This document shows positions 8,626 through 20,393 of a stretch of DNA of 64,000 nucleotides, one piece after another (the first letter of the stretch is position 1; every line of letters begins with the position of its first letter). Position numbers and translations under genes: made by a program. The stretch is from Rikenellaceae bacterium. GTDB taxonomy: Bacteria; Bacteroidota; Bacteroidia; Bacteroidales; Rikenellaceae. Below the pieces are notes generated by a model. It worked only from the letters and a program-made list of their open reading frames with translations. It did no database searches and was not told the DNA's origin. The stretch is from positions 8,646 to 72,645 of the forward strand of contig SUZJ01000004.1 in NCBI GenBank assembly GCA_015059945.1, in the 5' to 3' direction.

Positions 8626-10095
8626 ATGGCAACCGAACTGAAAAATAAGGTGGTCAAGGGGGTGGCTTGGTCTACGGTCGAGAAGGTCTGCTCGGCTCTG
8701 CTGCAATTGGCCGTCAGCTTGGTGTTGCTCAATCTGTTGTCGCCCACCGACTATGGCATTATGGCCATTGTGGGTGCCTTCCCATCGATACTTATGCCGC
8801 TTGTAGACAGCGGTTTCTCGCAGGCGCTTATTCGCAAAAAAGAGGTCGATGATATCGACTACTCGTCGGTATTCTTTGTGAATATCATTATCGCTCTGGG
8901 CTTATATGGGGTGCTGATGGCCTTTACACCTGCCATCGCTCGCTTCTTCGACGTGCTCGAGTTCCGCCAGATAGCCCCTGTGCTCTATCTGCTCATACCC
9001 ATCAACTCGCTCTCAAATATCCAGAATGCCATCTTGTCGCGCAAGATGGAGTTCAAACACTTGTCGCTATATGTGCTCATAGCCAATGCCGTAGCGAGTG
9101 GCGTGGCAATATGGATGGCCATAGAGGGTATGGGCGTGTGGGCGCTTGTGGGGCAGCGACTTGGCGTAGTGATAGTTAAGACCGCCCTGCTGTGGGTGGG
9201 CAGCAAGTGGAGGCCAAAGTGGCTCTTCTCGCTCGACCGCATCAGGGGTATGTTCCGCTACGGCTCGCGCATACTGCTGAGCGACCTTATTAGCAACGTC
9301 TACTACCAAATCTCAAACCTCTTTATCGGTAAGTTCTACACCAAAGTCGAACTGGGTTACTACGACCGAGGAAATAAGATTAAAGAGATGCCCGTAACTT
9401 CGACCATCCAGGCGGTACTGAATGTTACTTTCTCGGCCTTCTCGCGCCAGAAGGATGATAAACCAAAACTTACGCTCAATGCACGTAAGGTCTTTATGCT
9501 GTGGGCCTTTGTGATGTTCCCACTGATGGGCGGACTGATTGCCATTGCCGAGGATATGTTCCGCGTACTGCTCACCGATGTATGGCTGCCCGCGGTGCCA
9601 TATTTACGAATACTGAGCATTGCAGGTCTGCTGGCTCCGCTGTCGGTCATTTCGTTCAACCTTGTGAAGGTGTGCAGCGACGGCAATATGGTCTTTCGCA
9701 TCGAGTTTATCAAGAAGATGATTGCTACGGCCGTTTTGGCTATTACCATTCCTATTAGCGTAGAGGCTATTGCGTGGGGCCAAGTGGTGATTTTTGTGTC
9801 GGATATGGTGGTCAATACTCTGGCGGCCAAGAGGTATCTGCCCGAGTGGCGACTGTGGAGTAGGGTGGTAGACTCTCTGCCCCTGCTGGCTATGACAGCG
9901 GTGATGATTGTAGCCATTGGGCTCTTTGGCAGGGCTGTGGCAGGCATTGTGCCTCTGGGATTGGTGCTGGTTCTGAAAATTGTGCTCGGTGCGCTCATTT
10001 ATGTTGCTCTGGCCCAGCTGCTTCGCATAGATGCTTGGCGCGATATGAAGGAGATAATTATTGGCTACCTACCCAAGCGCAAACGTGCAGAGTAG
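8626..10095 (+). CDS. polysaccharide/oligosaccharide flippase (Wzx/PST, MOP superfamily)
   Basis: 489 aa highly hydrophobic multi-TM protein. N-terminus KNKVVKGVAWSTVEKVCSALLQLAVSLVLLNLLSPTDYGI is typical of the PST family. Confidence 0.7.
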   Translation: MATELKNKVVKGVAWSTVEKVCSALLQLAVSLVLLNLLSPTDYGIMAIVGAFPSILMPLVDSGFSQALIRKKEVDDIDYSSVFFVNIIIALGLYGVLMAFTPAIARFFDVLEFRQIAPVLYLLIPINSLSNIQNAILSRKMEFKHLSLYVLIANAVASGVAIWMAIEGMGVWALVGQRLGVVIVKTALLWVGSKWRPKWLFSLDRIRGMFRYGSRILLSDLISNVYYQISNLFIGKFYTKVELGYYDRGNKIKEMPVTSTIQAVLNVTFSAFSRQKDDKPKLTLNARKVFMLWAFVMFPLMGGLIAIAEDMFRVLLTDVWLPAVPYLRILSIAGLLAPLSVISFNLVKVCSDGNMVFRIEFIKKMIATAVLAITIPISVEAIAWGQVVIFVSDMVVNTLAAKRYLPEWRLWSRVVDSLPLLAMTAVMIVAIGLFGRAVAGIVPLGLVLVLKIVLGALIYVALAQLLRIDAWRDMKEIIIGYLPKRKRAE

Positions 10096-10120
10096 TAGAG
10101 TACGATAGTGAGGATAAAAC

Positions 10121-10152
10121 AGAGGGGCTTGGTCGCTTGACCAGGCCCCTCT
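10121..10152. terminator. bidirectional intrinsic terminator between the flippase (+) and buk (-)
   Basis: agaggggcttggtc-gctt-gaccaggcccctct, a 14-bp stem with one mismatch, followed by gctttgtt. Confidence 0.75.
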
Positions 10153-10177
10153 GCTTTGTTGGAGGAGTAGTGCTTGG

Positions 10178-11254
10178 CTACTCGTACACCTTAGCGGTGA
10201 GTTTGCCTTCCAGAACGCGCTGGGCATTCATTGCGAGTGCCTCCAACTCGTTCTCGCCGGGTTTAACCCACACTTTGGCCATAGGCTCAATCATCTCTTT
10301 GATATAGCTCACTACATTCTTGTCGTAGGCAATACCACCTGTGAGAATGACGGCATCAACCTGACCTTTCAGTACGGCAATCATCGAGCCGATAGCCTTA
10401 CCAACGCCATAGGCCATAGCATTCGACACCAGTTTGGCTTTTGCATCGCCGGCGTGTACCATAGCCTCCACCTCGCGCATATCGTTAGAGTTAAGGTGGG
10501 CCACAACGCCACCCTTGCCGTTAATCATCTTGCTAACCTCGGCCAGAGTGTATTTGCCACTGAAACAGAGTTTTGCAAATGCCAGTGCGGGCATAGTACC
10601 AGCCCTCTCGGGCGAGAATGGGCCCTCGCCATCGAGTGCGTTGTTCACGTCCACAACCAAGCCCTTGCGGTGGGCACCAATCGAAATGCCGCCGCCCATA
10701 TGGGCAACCACCAGGTTCAGCTCCTCATACTCCTTGCCAACGCTCTCGGCATAGAGCCTTGCAACAGCCTTCTGGTTCAGGGCGTGGAAAATCGAAGCCC
10801 TCTCCAATTCGGGCAGACCGGTCAGGCGGGCAACATCCTGCAACTCGTCAACCACTACGGGGTCGGCAATGTAGGCCTTTACGCCTGCCAGCTTGGCAAT
10901 CTCGGCAGCCAACAGAGCACCCAAGTTCGAGGCGTGCTGACCTGCGGGGCGCTCTTTGATATCCTCAATCATCTGTGCATTAACCTCGTAGGTGCCACTG
11001 GGAATGGGTTTTAGCAGACCGCCACGGCCAATTACAGCATCGAGATGGGCAATGTCAATGCCGCCCTGCTTAACTGCATCGAGGATAACCTCGCGGCGGA
11101 AGTCGAGCTGGTCGATAATGGTTTTGTAGCGGCCAATCTCGTCGCTCGAGTGGCGCAGGGTGGTCGAGAAGAGCTCTTTGTCGTTCTCAAACACAGCTAC
11201 CTTGGTCGAGGTCGAGCCAGGGTTGATGGTCAAAATCTTATACAGTTTTTCCAT
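10178..11254 (-). CDS. buk: butyrate kinase
   Basis: 358 aa. ILTINPGSTSTKVAVFEND at the N-terminus and ASKHA-fold motifs (VAHMGGGISIGAH, ILTGGIAY). Confidence 0.9.
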   Translation of the reverse strand: MEKLYKILTINPGSTSTKVAVFENDKELFSTTLRHSSDEIGRYKTIIDQLDFRREVILDAVKQGGIDIAHLDAVIGRGGLLKPIPSGTYEVNAQMIEDIKERPAGQHASNLGALLAAEIAKLAGVKAYIADPVVVDELQDVARLTGLPELERASIFHALNQKAVARLYAESVGKEYEELNLVVAHMGGGISIGAHRKGLVVDVNNALDGEGPFSPERAGTMPALAFAKLCFSGKYTLAEVSKMINGKGGVVAHLNSNDMREVEAMVHAGDAKAKLVSNAMAYGVGKAIGSMIAVLKGQVDAVILTGGIAYDKNVVSYIKEMIEPMAKVWVKPGENELEALAMNAQRVLEGKLTAKVYE

Positions 11255-11301
11255 AATCCAATCTTAGAGTTCATTTAGGTTAGAGTTATCTTGGGCTATG
11301 T

Positions 11302-12204
11302 CTATTTTGCGCTCAGGCAAGCCAGTGCGATAGAGTAGAGCTTGGTCTTGGTGCTGTCGCCACGCGAGGTGAGCACGCAAGGAGCGGTAGTACCTGCAAC
11401 CATAGCTGCCAACTCGGCACCACCAAACTTCGAGCAAGCCTTGAAGAATACGTTGCCACTCTCGATGTTGGGGAACAGCAAGCAGTCGGCATCACCTGCA
11501 ACAGGGCCGCTCAACTTCTTAATCTTCACGCTCTCGGGGTCGATAGCCACGTCGAGTGCCAGGGGGCCGTCAAAGTCGGCCTTACCAAGCTGGCCCCTCT
11601 GGCCCATAACTGCCAGCAGAGCTGCCTCGGCTGAGCTGGGCACTTTGGGCAATACCTGCTCGCTGGGAGCAATCAGAGCCACTTTGGGGCGCTCGATACC
11701 CAGGGTTTTGGCGGTACTAACCAAGTAGTTTGCAATATCCTTCTTCTGTGCAAACTCGGGCTGGGGAATAACGGCTACGTCGCTAACGGTGAGCAGTTTG
11801 TGGTATGCGGGAACCTCCAATACGGTAATGTGGCTCAGAGTCTTTTTGGGAGGCAGCAGACCCCACTCTTTGTTCAGGATACCGCGCATATATTTGTCGG
11901 TAGGAACAACGCCCTTCATCAGCACGTCGTACTCGCCGTTGTGAACAGCCTTAACAGCAATCTCTACAGCCTTAACATCGCTCTTCTCGGCAATGATGGT
12001 GTACTGGTTCATATCTACACCCTCGGCCTCGCACGATTTCTTAATCTCGTCGGGGTCGCCAACCAGAGTAACCTCGGCAATGCCTGCCTTGATAGCCATA
12101 TCGGTAGCACCAATCGAGTGGGTGTCCTGACCGTATGCAACAATCATTTTCTTCTTGCCACGCTCCTTGGCTGCGGCAACGATGTCGTCCAAATGTTTAA
12201 TCAT
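11302..12204 (-). CDS. ptb: phosphate butyryltransferase (short Pta/Ptb family)
   Basis: 300 aa, Ptb-length phosphate acyltransferase. Has MKGVVPTDKYMRGILNKEWGL and C-terminal VLTSRGDS motifs. Lies 46 bp upstream of buk. Confidence 0.8.
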   Translation of the reverse strand: MIKHLDDIVAAAKERGKKKMIVAYGQDTHSIGATDMAIKAGIAEVTLVGDPDEIKKSCEAEGVDMNQYTIIAEKSDVKAVEIAVKAVHNGEYDVLMKGVVPTDKYMRGILNKEWGLLPPKKTLSHITVLEVPAYHKLLTVSDVAVIPQPEFAQKKDIANYLVSTAKTLGIERPKVALIAPSEQVLPKVPSSAEAALLAVMGQRGQLGKADFDGPLALDVAIDPESVKIKKLSGPVAGDADCLLFPNIESGNVFFKACSKFGGAELAAMVAGTTAPCVLTSRGDSTKTKLYSIALACLSAK

Positions 12205-12250
12205 AATGCTTTGTTTGATTTATATTTGTTGTTTTACTAAAATTATCGCT

Positions 12251-13468
12251 CTATTTGTTCAGTTTGCTAACGATGTTGAAGGTGTCGGTGGCGATAACCA
12301 GCTCCTCGTTGGTGCCGATAACCACAACTTTCACCCTCGACTCGGGCTTCGAGAGCACCTTGTCCTGACCTTTCAGACCGGCATTTACGGCCGAGTCGAA
12401 CTCGATGCCCAAGAACTCCATATCTTTGCAAACATACTCCCTCATCTCGGGGCCGTTCTCGCCAACACCACCGGTGAATACCAGCAGGTCGATGCCACCC
12501 ATAGCGGCTGCATAGGCACCCACAAACTTCTTAACGCGGTAGAAGTATGCCTCCTCGGCCTCGGCAATAACCTTGTCGCCAGCCTCGGCACCACTGCGGA
12601 TGTCCCTCATATCGCTGTAAAGACCACCCGACAGGCCCAGTACGCCCGACTCCTTGTTGAGCATATTCCAAATCTCCTCCATCGACTTGCCCTCTTTGTT
12701 GTGGATAAAGTTGAGCACACCTGCATCAATCGAGCCACAACGGGTACCCATCATCAGACCATCAACGGGGGTAAGGCCCATCGAAGTATCTACACTCTGG
12801 CCATTCTTCACTGCGGTAACCGAGCCACCATTACCAATGTGGCAAGTTACAATCTTCGAGCTCTTGAAGTCCAGACCTGCCAAAATTGCAGCCTGCTCGG
12901 CAACGTAGCGGTGGCTGGTGCCGTGGAAGCCGTAGGCCCTCACGCGATACTCGTCGTAGTAGCGGCGAGGAATACCATAGAGGAAAGCCTTGGCGGGCAT
13001 AGTCTGGTGGAATGCAGTGTCGAAGTTGGCTACCTGGGGAATGTTGGGCAGCAACTCGTTAATGGCATAGATACCCTTCAGGTTGGCGGGAATGTGCAGG
13101 GGAGCCAAATCAACGCAGCCCTCTACCATATCGATAACGGCCTTGTCAATCAGTGCGCTCTCTTTGAACTGCTCACCACCGTGAACTACGCGGTGGCCAA
13201 CAGCATCGAGCTCGTCGAGCGATGCGATTACGCCGTGCTCGGGATTGGTGATAGCCTTGATTATAAGGTCGATACCCACAGTGTGGTCGGGAATATCGGT
13301 GGTTACTTTGTAGGGCTCCTTGCCAACGGGTTTGTGGGTCAGTACGCCATTTTCGATACCAATACGCTCAACGAGGCCCTTTGCCAGCAGGCTGTTGCCG
13401 TCGTTCTGCATCTCGATTACCTGATACTTAATCGAGCTACTTCCGCAGTTAAGAACAAGTATTACCAT
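12251..13468 (-). CDS. ackA: acetate kinase
   Basis: 405 aa. VLVLNCGSSSIKYQV N-terminus, GHRVVHGG, and FTGGVGENG. Confidence 0.9.
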   Translation of the reverse strand: MVILVLNCGSSSIKYQVIEMQNDGNSLLAKGLVERIGIENGVLTHKPVGKEPYKVTTDIPDHTVGIDLIIKAITNPEHGVIASLDELDAVGHRVVHGGEQFKESALIDKAVIDMVEGCVDLAPLHIPANLKGIYAINELLPNIPQVANFDTAFHQTMPAKAFLYGIPRRYYDEYRVRAYGFHGTSHRYVAEQAAILAGLDFKSSKIVTCHIGNGGSVTAVKNGQSVDTSMGLTPVDGLMMGTRCGSIDAGVLNFIHNKEGKSMEEIWNMLNKESGVLGLSGGLYSDMRDIRSGAEAGDKVIAEAEEAYFYRVKKFVGAYAAAMGGIDLLVFTGGVGENGPEMREYVCKDMEFLGIEFDSAVNAGLKGQDKVLSKPESRVKVVVIGTNEELVIATDTFNIVSKLNK

Positions 13469-13521
13469 TGCTTTGTAGTTTGTGTGTGTTTTTTTGTGAT
13501 TATTATTTGTTTTGAACTAAT

Positions 13522-14214
13522 TTACTGATATTTGTAGCCCACGCCCTTGATGGTTACGATGTGGTCTTCGCCAATCTTGGTGCGTAGCTTGCGGATGTGA
13601 ACGTCTATTGTGCGGTCGCCCACAACCACTTCGCTGCCCCACACGGTCGAGTAAATCTCCTCGCGCGAGAACACCTTCTGGGGCTTGGAGTAGAGTAGGG
13701 CCAACAGCTGGAACTCCTTGCGGGGCAGTATGAGCTCTTCGCCATTTTTGGTAACCATAAACCTCTCGCGGTCGATAGAGATAGAGTCGTTACCTTCCTC
13801 GGGAACAACTGCGGCCGCATCGGCAACGACAGCCTGCTGCACCTCGGCACGTTTGAGTATGGCTTTCAGTCGGCTCACAAGCAGCTTGACCTTCACCGGC
13901 TTGGTGATATAGTCGTCGGCACCCACCTCAAAGCCTTCGAGCTGCGACTCATCTTCGGCCCTGGCCGTAAGGAATACGACCATAGTCTTGGCCAACGAGG
14001 GTATCTCGCGCAGTCGTCGGCACGTCTCGATACCATCCATCTCGGGCATCATCATATCGAGCAAAATCAGATGGGGCTCGACTTGGGTAGCCACTTCGAG
14101 TGCTTCGCGACCATTGGAGGCGGTATAGACCTCAAACTCCTCGCGGCGCAGGTTGTAGCCCACGAATTCGAGAATATCGGGCTCGTCATCAACAAGTAAG
14201 ATGCGGTAGTTCAT
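13522..14214 (-). CDS. OmpR/PhoB-family response regulator (receiver plus winged-helix DNA-binding domain)
   Basis: 230 aa. Receiver features are ILLVDDEPD, the phospho-acceptor context LILLDMMMPEMDG, and ITKP. The C-terminal Trans_reg_C segment contains RTIDVHIRKLRTKIG...TIKGVGYKY. Confidence 0.9.
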   Translation of the reverse strand: MNYRILLVDDEPDILEFVGYNLRREEFEVYTASNGREALEVATQVEPHLILLDMMMPEMDGIETCRRLREIPSLAKTMVVFLTARAEDESQLEGFEVGADDYITKPVKVKLLVSRLKAILKRAEVQQAVVADAAAVVPEEGNDSISIDRERFMVTKNGEELILPRKEFQLLALLYSKPQKVFSREEIYSTVWGSEVVVGDRTIDVHIRKLRTKIGEDHIVTIKGVGYKYQ

Positions 14215-14359
14215 TGCTGTCCGTATGGGTTAAAACATAATCATTCCTAAAATCCCCGAAAGGTACAATATTTCTCGGAGATTTCCTACAAAAGTGGGGC
14301 TTTATTATTTTATAGGTAAAATTTGGTCGATTTTGGTTGCAAAGTCCAATGGGATGAGT

Positions 14360-14367
14360 TACTTTTG
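14360..14367 (+). promoter_or_regulatory. Bacteroidetes -7 promoter box (TACTTTTG, extended TTTGTGGG) for the DUF349 gene
   Basis: gagtTACTTTTGtggg lies 76 nt upstream of the ATG at 14444. Confidence 0.5.
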
Positions 14368-14443
14368 TGGGTTATATATGCGTACGTGAACAAGTGTGCA
14401 CGTATATACGCAAAGAGAGAAACGTAAATAAACTATTACGATT

Positions 14444-16480
14444 ATGACTACCGAGAAATTGAATTCTGTTCCAGAGGAACAAGTCGGCACCGCCGAGGAT
14501 GTGAACAATCTGACTACCCAAGAACCCGTAGCTCCCGCAGCAGAGAGTGCCGAGCCTACCGAGGTTGTCCCTGAGGGCGCACCCGCAGAGAGTGCGCAAG
14601 AGAGTGAAGTGGCACCTGCCGAAGAGGCAGAGCCCCAGAGCCTTAACTTTGCCGACGAGGAGGCTGCACTGGCTGCCGAGTCGCCCGAGTTTGAGCTCGA
14701 AAATGACGAGATTGAAGAGAATGGCGAAGAGGAGGCCAACCAGAAGGTGGCTCGCTCGTTGGCCGATGTGGCTGCAATGAACAAGAGCCAGTTGGTCGAT
14801 TATTTCGGCAAACTCATAGAGGAGAAACCTGTGCAGTCGTTGCGCTACGACGTAGAGGCTGTGAAGGTGGCCTTCTACAAACAGCACCGTGCCGAGGTCG
14901 AGGCTGCCAAGGCTCAGTTTGTGGCCGAGGGTGGCGCAGCAGAGGAGTTCAAACCTGCCGTAGACAGCGACGAGGTTAGGCTCAAAGAGTACTTTGGTCG
15001 CTACCGCGCTATGCGTGGCGAGTGGATGGCCGCTCAGGAGAAAAACAAAGAGGAGAACCTGCGCACAAAGTTGCAGATTATCGAGGAGCTGAAAGAGTTG
15101 GTAAACAGTAACGAGACTATGAACCACACCTTCCAGAGCTTCCGCGAGTTGCAGCAGAGGTGGAAAGAGACAGGTGTAGTGCCCCAGGCCAATGTCAAAG
15201 AGGTGTGGGAGACCTACAATCTGCACGTAGAGAATTTCTACAACTACATAAAGATTAACAAAGAGTTGCGCGACTTGGACTTGCAGCGCAATTTGGAGGC
15301 TAAGGTGGCGCTGTGTGAGGCTGCCGAGGCGCTGGGCGGAGAGAGCTCGGTGGTGGTGGCCTTCCGCAAGTTGCAGGATCTGCACGAGCAGTGGCGCGAG
15401 ATTGGCCCTGTGGCTGCCGAGCACAAAGAGGCTATCTGGGAGCGCTTCAAAGAGGCTTCGTCGCGCATCAACAAACAGCACCAAGAGTATTTTAGCGGCA
15501 TCAAAGAGGAGCAGAAGAAAAACCTCGACCTGAAAACCGAGCTGTGCGTAAAGGCCGAGGAGCTCTCGGAGAGGATGCTCACCAGTCGCAAAGAGTGGAA
15601 CAAGGCTTCGGAGGAGCTGATTGAGATACAGAAGGTATGGAAGACCATTGGCTTTGCCCCCAAGAAAGACAATGCCAAGATTTACGAGCGTTTTAGGGCT
15701 GCTTGCGACAAGTTCTTTGAGGTTAAGCGCTCGTTCTACGAGGGCGTAAAGAGCGAGATGGAGCATAATCTGGCGCTGAAAATAGAGATTTGCGAGGCTG
15801 CCGAGGCTATTCAGGACAGCGAGCAGTGGAAAAAAACTTCGGATGAGCTGATTGCTTTGCAGAAACGCTGGAAAGAGATTGGCTCGGTTTCGCGCCGCCA
15901 CTCCGACGCTGTGTGGAAGAGGTTTAGGGCCGCTTGCGACCACTTCTTTGCCCGCAAGAGTGAGCATTTTTCGAGCGTAGATGCCGAGTATGCCAACAAC
16001 TTGGAGCAGAAAGTTGCTCTGCTCGAAGAGATTGAGGCCTTTGAGCTGGGTGGCGCAGGCTACGAGGCCATCAAGGAGTTCCAGAGCAGGTGGAGCAGCA
16101 TTGGCTATGTGCCTATCAAAGAGAAAGATGCCTTGCAGAAGAGGTATAAGGCTGCCATTGACCGCCTGTTTGAGCAGTTGCGCAGTGGCGAGAGGGCTCG
16201 CGGTGCCGAGCGCTTTCGCAACAAGATTGGCGCAATGAAGGCCGGTGGTGCCGGCAACAAGTTGCGCAACGAGCGCGAGAGGCTCTACAATAAGGTGCGC
16301 CAGTTGGAGGCCGACATCGCTACCCTGGAGAACAACATCGGCTTCTTTGCCCACTCTAAGGGTGCAGAGGCTATGATTCGCGAGGTCGAGAACAAGATTG
16401 CAAGGGCCAAAGCAGATATGGCCGAAACAATCGAGAAGATTAACATCATCGACCGCCAGCAGCAAGAGGAGCAGCAGTAG
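14444..16480 (+). CDS. DUF349 domain-containing protein
   Basis: 678 aa with an acidic, low-complexity N-terminus. This is followed by about 5 repeats of the DUF349 pattern (W+E.G.V....+..W.RF+.A.D.FF). Confidence 0.85.
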   Translation: MTTEKLNSVPEEQVGTAEDVNNLTTQEPVAPAAESAEPTEVVPEGAPAESAQESEVAPAEEAEPQSLNFADEEAALAAESPEFELENDEIEENGEEEANQKVARSLADVAAMNKSQLVDYFGKLIEEKPVQSLRYDVEAVKVAFYKQHRAEVEAAKAQFVAEGGAAEEFKPAVDSDEVRLKEYFGRYRAMRGEWMAAQEKNKEENLRTKLQIIEELKELVNSNETMNHTFQSFRELQQRWKETGVVPQANVKEVWETYNLHVENFYNYIKINKELRDLDLQRNLEAKVALCEAAEALGGESSVVVAFRKLQDLHEQWREIGPVAAEHKEAIWERFKEASSRINKQHQEYFSGIKEEQKKNLDLKTELCVKAEELSERMLTSRKEWNKASEELIEIQKVWKTIGFAPKKDNAKIYERFRAACDKFFEVKRSFYEGVKSEMEHNLALKIEICEAAEAIQDSEQWKKTSDELIALQKRWKEIGSVSRRHSDAVWKRFRAACDHFFARKSEHFSSVDAEYANNLEQKVALLEEIEAFELGGAGYEAIKEFQSRWSSIGYVPIKEKDALQKRYKAAIDRLFEQLRSGERARGAERFRNKIGAMKAGGAGNKLRNERERLYNKVRQLEADIATLENNIGFFAHSKGAEAMIREVENKIARAKADMAETIEKINIIDRQQQEEQQ

Positions 16481-16537
16481 GCGGTAGGGTAGCGTAACAA
16501 GAACAGAGAGAGAACAATAAATACCAAACAATCATAA

Positions 16538-18190
<1,653 letters not shown>

Positions 18191-18205
18191 TAGAGGGTAG
18201 ACACG

Positions 18206-18242
18206 GCCCCCGTCCTTCGGGCACCCCTTTAATTTAGAGGGG
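18206..18242. repeat. two-hairpin REP-like intergenic element, copy B
   Basis: gccc(c)-loop-(c)gggc, then A, then cccctt(t)-aattt-(a)gagggg. Shares the core ..gggcacc.. with copies A and C. Confidence 0.6.
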
Positions 18243-18387
18243 ATTATATTAGGCCTAGCAAGGGCAGTAAGCGATATGAACGTAGTGAGTATCGCCTAAA
18301 AGTTTTTGGGCGACTTTTTACAAAAAGGCGCAAGGAAATAACAAAAGGAAACACAAATAACAAAGAAAAGTAAAGAAGAAAAAGAGA

Positions 18388-20388
18388 ATGGACAAAAAGA
18401 GTATTATAGGCTTTGTGCTTATAGGTATAATCTTGTTTGGTTATAGCTGGTATCAGGGCGAACAGACCGAGAAGGCGCGTGAAGCCTACTTTGCAGCACA
18501 GCGCGAGCAGTTTGTGCTTGACTCGATTGATAGGGCCGAGCACCCCGAAAAGTATCTGGCCGAGGTGGCCGAGCAGATTGCCGACGAGGAGCAGAGGGCT
18601 GCCGCAGTAGCAGCAATTCAGGCCGAGCAGCAGGCTCGCAGGGAGCAGTCGATTGCACAGAACTTTGGCCAAGAGCTGGTTGATGCAAGCCACGGAGCCG
18701 AGGAGTTCTACACCTTGGAGAATGAGGTGTTGAAGATGACTATCTCGACCAAGGGCGGTAAGATTAGCGATGTGGAGCTGAAAGAGTATCGCAAGTATGC
18801 CGACGATGGCAACGGCCCCAATATCAAGATGTTTGACCCCAATAGCGCCAAGTTCGACGTGGGCTTCTACCTGCGCAAGGGCTACAACGAGGCCAAGATT
18901 AACACCGAGGGCTACTACTTTACAACCAGCGGCATCGAGAGCCTGACCACCCCCGAGGGCGACAAGGTGCAGAGGTTGGCGATGAGCCTGCCTATGGGCG
19001 AGGGTGCAGCGTTGCAGATGGTCTACACACTGCGCCAGGACGACTATATGGTAGACTATGATATCAACTTTGTGGGTATGGGTCAGTGGATGCAGACCGT
19101 GCCCTCGTTTGATATCACTTGGAACAACACCAGCTACCAGAACGAGCGTGGCTACCAGAACGAGAATATGTACACCACTCTGTCGTACCTCTTCCCCGAC
19201 GACCGCAAGGTAGAGAAGTTGGGTATGGCCCAGGTGGGCAAACGTGGCGGTGGCAGTCGCTCGGAGGAGGTGACCACCGAGTTTGAGTGGTTTGCCTTCC
19301 AGCAGCAGTTCTTCTCGTCGATACTGATTGCCCCTGAGGTGTTCAGCAATGGCCAGTTGGGATTCGACACCTACAAGCCTGGTACGGGTTATATCAAAGA
19401 CTACCAAGCAGCTGTGAGTGTGCCATTTGACAAGGCGCAAGAGAACTATAACTTTAAGTTCTACTTTGGCCCCAACAAGTACTCGCTCTTGAAGAGCTAC
19501 GACCTCGGTTTGGAGAAGGTCGTACAGTTGGGTGGCAGGCTTGTGAGCTGGGTAAACCGCTGGATTGTTATCCCCGTGTTTGACCTGCTGAGTAGGTTTA
19601 TCAACAGCTACGCGCTGATTATCCTGCTGCTGACAATCTTTATCAAACTGCTCATCTTCCCCTTGACCTACAAGTCGTTTATTTCGAGCGCCAAGATGAG
19701 GGCCATACGCCCCGAGATTGCAGCCATTCAGGCCAAGTATCCCAAAGCTCAGACCGACCAAAACGAGATGATGAAGAGCCAGCAGGCTACTATGGAGCTC
19801 TATAAGAAATATGGTGTGAGCCCAATGGGTGGCTGTCTACCTATGCTTATCCAGTTCCCTGTGCTAATTGCAATGTTCCGTTTCTTCCCCACGGCTATCG
19901 AACTCAGGGGCGAGAGGTTCTTGTGGATGAAAGACCTTTCGACCTACGATAGTGTGCTCAACCTGCCCTTCAACATTCCTTGGTATGGCGACCACGTGAG
20001 CCTGATGGCACTGATTATGGCCGTTACGCTGTTCTTCTACAGCAAGCTCACCTACAAAGAGCAGGAGCAGACCACCGCAGCTGCACCCGGTATGGCCGGT
20101 ATGAAGTTTATGACTCTCTATCTGATGCCCATTATGATGCTTATGTGGATGAACAACTACGCCAGTGGTTTGTGCTACTACTACTTTGTGAGCCAGATAC
20201 TGACTATGGGCCAGAACTTTGCCTTCCGCTATGGCATCAACGAGGATAGGCTGCGCGCCAAGATGCTGGCTGCTGCCAAGAAGCCCCAGAAGAAGAGCAA
20301 GTGGCAACAGCGCTTGGAGGAGGCTCAAAAGCAACAAGAGGCTATGATGAAAGAGCAGCAGAGGAAACAATACCGCTCGAAACACTAA
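18388..20388 (+). CDS. yidC: membrane protein insertase YidC
   Basis: 666 aa with an N-terminal TM segment, a large periplasmic domain, and a C-terminal 60-kDa insertase core (PLTYKSFISSAKMRAIRPEI...GGCLPMLIQFPVLIAMF). Lysine-rich tail. Confidence 0.9.
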   Translation: MDKKSIIGFVLIGIILFGYSWYQGEQTEKAREAYFAAQREQFVLDSIDRAEHPEKYLAEVAEQIADEEQRAAAVAAIQAEQQARREQSIAQNFGQELVDASHGAEEFYTLENEVLKMTISTKGGKISDVELKEYRKYADDGNGPNIKMFDPNSAKFDVGFYLRKGYNEAKINTEGYYFTTSGIESLTTPEGDKVQRLAMSLPMGEGAALQMVYTLRQDDYMVDYDINFVGMGQWMQTVPSFDITWNNTSYQNERGYQNENMYTTLSYLFPDDRKVEKLGMAQVGKRGGGSRSEEVTTEFEWFAFQQQFFSSILIAPEVFSNGQLGFDTYKPGTGYIKDYQAAVSVPFDKAQENYNFKFYFGPNKYSLLKSYDLGLEKVVQLGGRLVSWVNRWIVIPVFDLLSRFINSYALIILLLTIFIKLLIFPLTYKSFISSAKMRAIRPEIAAIQAKYPKAQTDQNEMMKSQQATMELYKKYGVSPMGGCLPMLIQFPVLIAMFRFFPTAIELRGERFLWMKDLSTYDSVLNLPFNIPWYGDHVSLMALIMAVTLFFYSKLTYKEQEQTTAAAPGMAGMKFMTLYLMPIMMLMWMNNYASGLCYYYFVSQILTMGQNFAFRYGINEDRLRAKMLAAAKKPQKKSKWQQRLEEAQKQQEAMMKEQQRKQYRSKH

Positions 20389-20393
20389 TCAAA

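Noticed and set aside
12155-13528. 457-aa + strand ORF antisense to ackA, and similar antisense ORFs over zupT (6072..6977), mutS, carB, yidC and uvrA
   Set aside because: Each overlaps a gene with strong family motifs on the other strand. All are compositional artefacts.
14372-16531. 719-aa minus-strand ORF antisense to the DUF349 gene
   Set aside because: The + strand frame shows the periodic DUF349 repeat pattern and has a promoter box upstream. The antisense frame is leucine-rich and low-complexity, with no start context.
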